DNA of 5,993 bases from a virus: UHGV virus genome UHGV-0212824. One strand, given 5' to 3'. Numbering within the stretch: position 1 is the first letter of the stretch; every line of letters starts with the position of its first letter. Both the position numbers and the translations under genes were made by a program. Shown here piece by piece: positions 1 through 5,809 of the stretch. Under the pieces are notes generated by a model, which saw only the letters and a list, made by a program, of their open reading frames with translations, did not search any database and had not been told where the DNA came from.

Positions 1-3
1 ATA

Positions 4-89
4 GCAACTCTGTTGCGTGCGTCAGGGATAGTAGGCGAGTATCGGAGCGTAGCGGAGATATGTTTGAGCCGGATAGCCCGCCCGGACGC
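4..89 (+). other. GC-rich hairpin cluster, putative single-strand origin (part 2)
   Basis: GCAAC-TCT-GTTGC (4-16). A long imperfect stem GCGTC-A-GGG (19-27) / CCC-G-GACGC (81-89) has the apex TATC-GGA-GC-GTA-GC-GGA-GATA (40-60). Confidence 0.55.
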
Positions 90-103
90 CCAAAATATAA
101 TTA

Positions 104-1102
104 TTAAAATGGACATTCATTTAATGATGTATATTTTTTTGCCTGATTTATTGCCCAATATGTCTCTAATTCTTGCAATGATTTATCTTGTTTTTTCTTT
201 TGCCTTCGTAATCTGTTTAAATATTGTACTTTTTCCCAATCTTTTCGCCTATCTCCATATAATCTTTGTTCTGTCCTTCTTCCTTCTTCTAGTAATTGTA
301 AATAATATTCTTCATCATCCCTGTGTACGGGCTGTCCCATTACATAAATGATTCCTTTTTCTATTTTATCAAGGAATATTAATTCTCTTTCTTCTTCTGT
401 GAATAATTTGTTTCTGTAATATATTGGTAGATTGAGCTTTATACCCGTTCTTGTTCTGTATCTTTCATTTGTTTCACCTTTTTTGTATTTGTGATTTTGA
501 GCGTCTGCTCTTTCTGTATATCCTTTGCCTAGTCCTGATGAGCATAATACTTTTCCTCTAAAATTTTTATGGTCTACATCTACTTTTAGCATATATTTAG
601 TAATGTAATTTATTGTTTTTTCATTTACAAAAAAACCTGTGAATGTGATTCCGTATTTCCAATTATTTGTAATTTTTTCTCCATTTCCTAGCCCCCATAC
701 TATCCCGTGGAGATGTAATCTTTCTGTTTTCTCGTGTCCTAATTCTGTGATAAACCAATGTTTTACGGATTTACCTGTTTGTTTTCGTACTCTTTCTAGG
801 CATAATCTTATTGCTTTTGTTGCTATATCATTATCATTTTCTAAATTGTATTTATTTTTCAATATTGCGTAGTGTTCATCTGTAATTGTTAGTGTTAGGA
901 AATATGCATTTGGTTCTTGTCTTAGTTCCTCATTCATTCTAACTTTCCATGCTCTTTGCTTTTGTTGCCTGCATTCTAGACAGTCTCCACATGCTGCTGT
1001 TACATATTTTAGTCTTTCGTCTGGACATGCCGGAGGCACTCCACCATTTTTTTTGTTTGGTAGATACCTCCGGTTTAGTATGAGTTTTGGGTATAGACAC
1101 AT
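104..1102 (-). CDS. VP4: Replication initiation protein (HUH rolling-circle endonuclease, microvirus VP4 / gpA-like), 332 aa
   Basis: N-terminal MCLYP...CGDCLEC Cys cluster, motif I YFLTLT, motif II ELG...RLHLHGIVW (HUH), motif III YITKY (two Tyr), then SSGLG and LPIYYRNKLF typical of microvirus Reps. Ends in tandem TAA TAA (106-101). Confidence 0.96.
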   Translation of the reverse strand: MCLYPKLILNRRYLPNKKNGGVPPACPDERLKYVTAACGDCLECRQQKQRAWKVRMNEELRQEPNAYFLTLTITDEHYAILKNKYNLENDNDIATKAIRLCLERVRKQTGKSVKHWFITELGHEKTERLHLHGIVWGLGNGEKITNNWKYGITFTGFFVNEKTINYITKYMLKVDVDHKNFRGKVLCSSGLGKGYTERADAQNHKYKKGETNERYRTRTGIKLNLPIYYRNKLFTEEERELIFLDKIEKGIIYVMGQPVHRDDEEYYLQLLEEGRRTEQRLYGDRRKDWEKVQYLNRLRRQKKKQDKSLQELETYWAINQAKKYTSLNECPF

Positions 1103-1103
1103 A

Positions 1104-2168
1104 TTATTCTATTCCTCTTGTTACTGTTTGTTTTATTGATTTTGAGCCGATTTCTTGTCCTTTGGCGTCAAACATTTCTTCAAGTCTTCCGGTTACCTCT
1201 GTTATTGTTTTAGGTGCTCCTCTCATTACCCAGTTGAGAATTTCTCCGCTTATCTCTTTTCCTGCGTGGATTCCTTCATAGATCCAGTCTTTGATAAGTT
1301 CACGGTCTTTTCTGTCTAGGTCTTTCATTCCCATCATTAGCTCGTTGGCAATTCTGTCACTTTCGTTTGAAACTGATTTTTCTCCTATTGCTACATTAGC
1401 CCACCCTAGTGCAATTTGTCCTTTGAGGTAGTTTATTTGTTCGCTGTTGAGTTTTTGTCTTGTGATTGATTCAACGCCAGCTTGCATAAGATTAAAATTT
1501 TCTAGAGCCGCTCTATGTACCATAGCTTCTTTGGTTTTTTCTGCTACGTCTGATTTTACAATTTGTTCACGTAATTCTTCCCAGACTTTCTTCTCTTGCG
1601 CTTGTACGTAGAAATATTCTGCGGCTGTTTTTTGTTCTTGCGCGTTTGTTAGTCTTTCAATACTGTCTTGTAATTTCGTTATTCTTTTATTAAAATCGCT
1701 TTGGGATTCTAACATTTCCGCTTCTTTTTCGGCTACTTTGGTGTCTGCTCCTGCCGTCTTTTCTGCTTCGACTCTGTTTTTTTCTGCTTGTGATTTATTT
1801 AATTCTACTTGACTTGCTAGGTTTGCTAGTTCTAGTCCCATTCCTTGCATGGCTATAGCTGTTTGCATTCCTTTAGCATCACTTAGTCCTACCCCACTTG
1901 CTTGACCTGCCCCTGACGAGCTTCCTCCTTGTCCTCCCATTCCGTAAATCAGAGCTGGATTAAGTCCTGCGTCTTTCATTTTTCTTACTTGGTTTGGAAA
2001 TGAGGTATAATTCCACATATCCTTTGCTAGTCCTTGATTGTATTGAGCTTGCTGTTGATTTAGTTTTGCTTGAAGCTCCATCATCTCTCTTTGGTCGTCG
2101 TTTTGTTTTTTTCGACCTATTAGGCTTCCGGCTAGTCCTATGCCTGCTCCTATTATAGCTCCTATCAT
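1104..2168 (-). CDS. VP2: DNA pilot protein (minor capsid protein VP2 / gpH-like), 354 aa
   Basis: Gly/Ala-rich hydrophobic N-terminus (MIGAIIGAGIGLAGSLIG), Q/N-rich segment, AGLNPALIYG followed by a G/S-rich linker, long Ala/Glu/Lys/Gln coiled-coil-like region. Lies directly upstream of Rep. Confidence 0.92.
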   Translation of the reverse strand: MIGAIIGAGIGLAGSLIGRKKQNDDQREMMELQAKLNQQQAQYNQGLAKDMWNYTSFPNQVRKMKDAGLNPALIYGMGGQGGSSSGAGQASGVGLSDAKGMQTAIAMQGMGLELANLASQVELNKSQAEKNRVEAEKTAGADTKVAEKEAEMLESQSDFNKRITKLQDSIERLTNAQEQKTAAEYFYVQAQEKKVWEELREQIVKSDVAEKTKEAMVHRAALENFNLMQAGVESITRQKLNSEQINYLKGQIALGWANVAIGEKSVSNESDRIANELMMGMKDLDRKDRELIKDWIYEGIHAGKEISGEILNWVMRGAPKTITEVTGRLEEMFDAKGQEIGSKSIKQTVTRGIE

Positions 2169-2198
2169 ATTTTAAATAATTTAATTTTACAAATTTCG

Positions 2199-2253
2199 CG
2201 CTTTTTTAGAAAGCGTCTTTCCAATTACTTGATAATATATTGTACGTGCGTAC
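2199..2253 (+). other. Putative double-strand origin of rolling-circle replication (predicted nick between G2231 and A2232)
   Basis: Intergenic TCTTTCCAATTACTTG|ATAATA resembles the pC194 (TCTTTCTTATCTTG|ATAATA) and phiX174 (CAACTTG|ATA) nick sites. Flanked by hairpin CGCTTT/AAAGCG (2199-2215) and inverted repeat GTACG-TG-CGTAC (2242-2253). Confidence 0.65.
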
Positions 2254-2343
2254 CTTTAGCAAAAACTTTAAACAAAACTCCCTCCCTCCACCCTTTTTTT
2301 TTTATGACTTTTGTTGTTTTGCGTACTAGGTGCACTACAAGGC

Positions 2344-2367
2344 TTAACGCGAGTTTTCGCTAGTTAA
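2344..2367. repeat. Inverted repeat / hairpin directly after the 102-aa gene
   Basis: TTAAC-GCGA-GTTT-TCGC-TA-GTTAA, 4 nt after the stop codon. No U-tract follows on the coding strand. Confidence 0.45.
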
Positions 2368-2371
2368 CAGT

Positions 2372-2680
2372 TTAGTTTTCACTCGGGCTTCCTCCTTCTG
2401 TTTTTGTCGGCACGTCGTCGGCTGTGATTTGGTTCTTTTTTGCAATTCTTTCCATTTCGATTTTATCGTATGCCTCTATTGCTAAATCAAACCTGTCTGT
2501 CCGGATATTGTATGCTGGTAGTACTCCGTCCTTTTTTTCTGTATAGATAATTGGCGCTGTGTCGGTAATTGGTTCTTTTGTGAGAGTAATTCTCGCTACT
2601 TTTTTTTCAATTGTTTCACCTTCGTAGATGTCTACACTTTGTAGTCTACCGTTATTTGGTATTGCTTTTGAATATTTCAT
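2372..2680 (-). CDS. 102-aa microvirus protein, possible internal scaffolding protein (VP3-like)
   Basis: Starts 11 nt after the VP1 stop behind an A-rich leader. The segment GETIEKKV...PIIYTEKKDGVLPAYNIRTDRFDLA resembles a protein I recall from Bacteroidota microviruses. The scaffolding role is inferred only from size and position between VP1 and VP2. Confidence 0.8.
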   Translation of the reverse strand: MKYSKAIPNNGRLQSVDIYEGETIEKKVARITLTKEPITDTAPIIYTEKKDGVLPAYNIRTDRFDLAIEAYDKIEMERIAKKNQITADDVPTKTEGGSPSEN

Positions 2681-2691
2681 AATTTTTCTTT

Positions 2692-4641
2692 TTATAAGTT
2701 AGGAATTTGTTTTGCACTAATGAGACGTCTAGCTTTAATGTCAAATTTAATTTGTGTCCAAAAGTTCATAGCGTCTAGGTTTGTATCTGCAAATATGTAG
2801 TTATATTTTACAGGGTCTATGTACGTTGTTAAGTCTTCGATATCAAGGTGCCCGTCACTGTTTATTTTTGGACTGTATTGTCTGTTTAGTACCATGAATT
2901 CCTCATCCATTCCTGTTGCGAAGTTTCCGAATGTTCGGTTTACATTTGTCATGTAGTTAATCCATGCTACTGTTTTACCTACTGATGTTTGATTGATTTC
3001 CTCCTTTTCATTCCAGTAATCAGCCCACCATGCTCTCTCCCCGTTGATACTATCTTGGTATCCGATTCCGTCGAGTGCTGGTTTATGTAAATCATCCATT
3101 GTTTTTAGTTCTGCATCCCAGTCATTCCCCTGTGAATAATCGATTCTTGGAGTGATTGATGTTATACACATAATATATCCCGGCTCTGTTACCTTGATTT
3201 TAATGTGTCCGCCTCTTTGTTTGTTTGTTGTTATGCCTCTGCCTGCAAGTGTTCCTAATGGTTCGTTTTCTGATGCAGAGTTACTGATAACTTCTTGAAA
3301 TACAATTTCTTGGCTTGTTCCTCCTTCGAATATCGGAGTTTCACATCTTTCGAAGTAGTTGCTTCCTGTGTATACGGTTTCTAGCCAGTCTCTGTACGTT
3401 CCTCCACTTACCACAATTCTGTTTAGCATATTGTAAACTTTTTGTGCTAAGTTTAGTGCGTCCATAGATAGTTTGCCGTCTGATACGTCTACTGAGGATA
3501 TTTCATTTACTCCTTGTATTCCTTCAATCCATTCGGTATTGATCCAGTTTTGGAATAGGTCACTGTTGTAAGTTTTTATACATAATCCGTATTGTGGATC
3601 TGTTGTATTTAGTTTGTTGTTGCTCGGTTTTCTTAACCTGAAGTTTTCATATGGTTTTGGCACTTTTAATGTTTGTGATGTTATGTTGAGTTGTGTATTT
3701 CCCGGATATTGGAGTATTAAATCTCTCATTTTATCAATGTTTTCTAACGGGATTGGCTCTAGTGTTGTTCTATTTATTGTTTGTATTGCTCTTATGTACC
3801 AAAATTTACCTTCGGGTATTAGATTGGTTGTGATTTCTATAAAATCACCTTGTACTGTAAAATTACCAATTTCACTTACGGTTAATATTTCGCTTTTTGC
3901 GGTTACTGATCCTTTTGCTACTTTTATTTGTAGTTCATTTTCTTTTATGGTGTTAGGTTTTATTTTAATATTGGCTGAATTGTTTACTCTTCCTACGTTA
4001 CTAGGTATTACGTTTGGATTTACTGCTTCTCCGTTAATTGTAATATCTAAATCTTCCGTATTTCCGATAATGTAAAAGTTGTCTTCTTGCGTGTTTGCAT
4101 AGTAGTTTTTGAATATATCGTAATACATTAGTGTTGGTACTCCGTTTTTGTATACGTTTTTTGTTGATGTTTTAGATGTTATAGATCCGTAACCTTTTAT
4201 TCCTAGGTATGCTAGTAAACAGCTAGGATTTACTTGCGTCCATTGGTCTTCAGTTGTTGGTTGGTCGTAATTTCTATTTAATCCTACCCATATTTGAGGT
4301 AATTTGATTTGGCTCATGTCTAGTCCGATTTTTGTTCGGTTGTTATGTAGCCAGCTGTTATACAATCTTAATGCTCCAAAATATAGATGGTTTTCTAGTT
4401 TGAAGCCCCCGAATAGTGGTCCTACTGTTGGGTGAGTAAGTACATTTGCTTCTATGTCAATATCGATGACGTCCCCTTTTTGTACAAGTAATTTCATTGT
4501 AGGTACGAGTGTTCCTGGACTCATTGAAGTTCTGGTAATTGTACTTAGATCATGTGTTGACATGTTATAGTCATGCATGTATACTTGCATTTTGTTGTTG
4601 TCACCTATGGTATTTTTACCAATGTTTTTATTTATTCCCAT
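2692..4641 (-). CDS. VP1: Major capsid protein (microvirus VP1 / gpF family), 649 aa
   Basis: N-terminal HDLS...SMSPGTLVP...GD...THPTVGPLFG, DIFKNYY, central YNSDLFQNW, RIVVSGGTYRDWL, PIFEGG, EPGYIMCITSITPRIDYSQG, DLHKPALDGIGYQ, and C-terminal ISAKQIPNL; these follow the microvirus capsid motif order. Confidence 0.97.
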   Translation of the reverse strand: MGINKNIGKNTIGDNNKMQVYMHDYNMSTHDLSTITRTSMSPGTLVPTMKLLVQKGDVIDIDIEANVLTHPTVGPLFGGFKLENHLYFGALRLYNSWLHNNRTKIGLDMSQIKLPQIWVGLNRNYDQPTTEDQWTQVNPSCLLAYLGIKGYGSITSKTSTKNVYKNGVPTLMYYDIFKNYYANTQEDNFYIIGNTEDLDITINGEAVNPNVIPSNVGRVNNSANIKIKPNTIKENELQIKVAKGSVTAKSEILTVSEIGNFTVQGDFIEITTNLIPEGKFWYIRAIQTINRTTLEPIPLENIDKMRDLILQYPGNTQLNITSQTLKVPKPYENFRLRKPSNNKLNTTDPQYGLCIKTYNSDLFQNWINTEWIEGIQGVNEISSVDVSDGKLSMDALNLAQKVYNMLNRIVVSGGTYRDWLETVYTGSNYFERCETPIFEGGTSQEIVFQEVISNSASENEPLGTLAGRGITTNKQRGGHIKIKVTEPGYIMCITSITPRIDYSQGNDWDAELKTMDDLHKPALDGIGYQDSINGERAWWADYWNEKEEINQTSVGKTVAWINYMTNVNRTFGNFATGMDEEFMVLNRQYSPKINSDGHLDIEDLTTYIDPVKYNYIFADTNLDAMNFWTQIKFDIKARRLISAKQIPNL

Positions 4642-4642
4642 A

Positions 4643-4888
4643 TTACTTTTCCTCCGTATTTAAAGTTTTTTTACTGATTTCATTTTTTTTATTGAATTCG
4701 TCCGCCTCTTTAAGAGCGTAAACCATTGCTGCCATTAAATTCCAATCTGTTTGATTGATTCTTTCTTCCGCTGCTTCCCGTGAAGGAAATTTTTCTTCCG
4801 TTGCTAAATGATTTCCAATTGTAATCATATATTCCTTTCCTTCTATGTCAGCTGGTCTGACAATAAATGCTTCACTTAAGCTTTTCAT
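4643..4888 (-). CDS. Hypothetical protein, 81 aa
   Basis: Co-oriented and tightly packed (TAA-T-ATG junction with VP1; 6 nt after the previous stop). Globular-looking sequence (YMITIGNHLATEEKF...DWNLMAAMV). Function unknown. Confidence 0.8.
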   Translation of the reverse strand: MKSLSEAFIVRPADIEGKEYMITIGNHLATEEKFPSREAAEERINQTDWNLMAAMVYALKEADEFNKKNEISKKTLNTEEK

Positions 4889-4894
4889 AATTTT

Positions 4895-5098
4895 TTACTT
4901 TTTAGGATTAATATTAATTTTTGTACTGTCAATACTTGATGTTGACGTTTGCTCGGTTCTTTGTGAAGCATTATTATTATTTTTTGCTACACTCAAACTC
5001 ATTGTACAACTTTGCACACATAGTGTTGTGATTATTGCTATGATTGCTGTTGAAATTGCTCGGATAATTTCTACCCATTGTTCTTTGGTTATTTTCAT
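4895..5098 (-). CDS. Small putative lipoprotein / membrane protein, 67 aa
   Basis: Short charged N-region, hydrophobic helix (IIRAISTAIIAIITTLCV), lipobox-like V-Q-S-C31 and a polar S/T/N-rich tail. Starts 2 nt after the upstream stop. Confidence 0.8.
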   Translation of the reverse strand: MKITKEQWVEIIRAISTAIIAIITTLCVQSCTMSLSVAKNNNNASQRTEQTSTSSIDSTKININPKK

Positions 5099-5100
5099 GT

Positions 5101-5355
5101 TTAGAATAATTTAAGTTGTTTATGATTCCATTTTTTTAAATTTTCTTCATCATTGTCATAAATTTTTTCTATTATTAACCTCCTTTCTTTTTTATTTAAT
5201 TTGTATTCTTTAATTATCGTATCTTCGAATACTTCGAATCCTTTAGTACATTCGTTTGGTCTCATATTAAACCATGCAAATGTTTTGAACGCCTTAAATG
5301 TATTAAATTCCTTGTTTAGTATTATCCATTTTGTTTTTCTTTTCGTTTTTTTCAT
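5101..5355 (-). CDS. Basic hypothetical protein, 84 aa, with C-terminal QLKLF motif
   Basis: Co-oriented, and its stop is 2 nt before the next ATG. Overlaps the upstream ORF by 53 nt, so the exact start is less certain. Confidence 0.72.
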   Translation of the reverse strand: MKKTKRKTKWIILNKEFNTFKAFKTFAWFNMRPNECTKGFEVFEDTIIKEYKLNKKERRLIIEKIYDNDEENLKKWNHKQLKLF

Positions 5356-5542
5356 TTTCGTTAGGATATAATTTCCATGTTTCTACTACTGCTATTATTT
5401 GCTCTCCTTCAATTTCTTGCATGAGTGCTTTTGCTACTGTTACTGCTACTTTGTAGGTGTGTACTCCCGGTAACTCTTTCACACAGATGTGCCATGTCGG
5501 GTTGTCTCCTGTTGTGATTACACTGAATTTTGTTGCTGCCAT
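5303..5542 (-). CDS. Hypothetical protein, 79 aa
   Basis: ATG 2 nt after the upstream TAA (TAA-TT-ATG). Mixed alpha/beta-looking core and a low-complexity K/N/E tail in the overlap region. Confidence 0.72.
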   Translation of the reverse strand: MAATKFSVITTGDNPTWHICVKELPGVHTYKVAVTVAKALMQEIEGEQIIAVVETWKLYPNENEKNEKKNKMDNTKQGI

Positions 5543-5544
5543 AA

Positions 5545-5682
5545 TTATTTATTGATTTTAATGATTAATAATGCTAATATTTCTATTAGTGATTTTAATT
5601 CTTTTTTGTTTAATTCTTTTGCATACTTTAGTTTGTATTTCCAAAGTAAGTTTTCTAGTTCTTTTAATTCTTCTTGTGTCAT
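5545..5682 (-). CDS. Small helical hypothetical protein, 45 aa (MTQEELKELE...LLIIKINK); start re-assigned from 5739 to 5682
   Basis: The ATG at 5682 follows AAGGAGGT and lies just downstream of the predicted promoter. The longer start at 5739 overlaps the -33 box itself and would not be transcribed from this promoter. Confidence 0.65.
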   Translation of the reverse strand: MTQEELKELENLLWKYKLKYAKELNKKELKSLIEILALLIIKINK

Positions 5683-5686
5683 ATTT

Positions 5687-5694
5687 ACCTCCTT
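5687..5694 (-). promoter_or_regulatory. Shine-Dalgarno-like sequence AAGGAGGT
   Basis: The - strand reads AAAAAAAAGGAGGTAAAT-ATG(5682). Confidence 0.5.
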
Positions 5695-5709
5695 TTTTTT
5701 ATTACATTG

Positions 5710-5740
5710 CAAATATACGTGTTTTTTTTGATTCTGCAAA
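5710..5740 (-). promoter_or_regulatory. Bacteroidota primary-sigma promoter (-33 TTTG / -7 TAnnTTTG)
   Basis: The - strand reads TTTG (5740-5737), a 19-nt spacer, then TATATTTG (5717-5710). This is an exact fit to the Bacteroides consensus TTTG-N19-21-TAnnTTTG, placed just ahead of the first gene of the unidirectional gene array. Confidence 0.85.
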
Positions 5741-5809
5741 ATTCCTTGTTACTTTTAACATTTATTTAACACACTGCATAGTAAGGATGCGCGCCGTTTG
5801 AGCGCCGAT

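Noticed and set aside
13..351. 112-aa hydrophobic + strand ORF (possible antisense lysis or membrane gene)
   Set aside because: Antisense to Rep with a non-ATG start inside the hairpin region. Its F/L/I richness is the expected shadow of the A-rich coding strand, and no + strand promoter was seen.
639..1281. + strand ORFs 639-872 and 1087-1281
   Set aside because: Fully antisense to Rep/VP2, with no recognisable motifs or initiation signals.
2225..2254. dif-like XerCD attachment site (- strand GGTACGCACGTACAATATATTATCAAGTAA), and TGTTAAAT near 5764-5771
   Set aside because: Only partial resemblance to GGTGCGCATAA-N6-TTATGTTAAAT; the 11-6-11 spacing and inner ATAA/TTAT symmetry do not fit, so integration cannot be claimed.
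2344..2367. Intrinsic terminator after the capsid genes or after Rep
   Set aside because: Hairpins are present, but none is followed by a U-tract on the coding strand.
2839..2850. Coding-strand CACCTTGATATC (phiX174-origin-like), and TTCCTTGATAAAA around 367-373
   Set aside because: Both are explained by Leu-Asp codons inside VP1 and Rep, and I saw no flanking inverted repeats. They are ranked below the intergenic site but not fully excluded as alternative nick sites.
3614..4721. + strand ORFs 3614-4075 and 4539-4721
   Set aside because: Antisense shadows of VP1; the hydrophobicity is a T-rich compositional artefact.
5722..5729. A8 tract in the promoter spacer as a phase-variation switch
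   Set aside because: A7-A10 runs are common throughout this A-rich strand, and a single sequence gives no evidence of length variation.
5683..5739. N-terminal 19 codons of the 64-aa ORF in the ORF track
   Set aside because: They overlap the predicted promoter; ATG 5682 is the better start.
4845..5801. + strand ORFs 4845-5114, 5489-5731 and 5571-5801
   Set aside because: Antisense to the tightly coupled - strand genes and promoter; F/L/I/C-rich low-information sequences.
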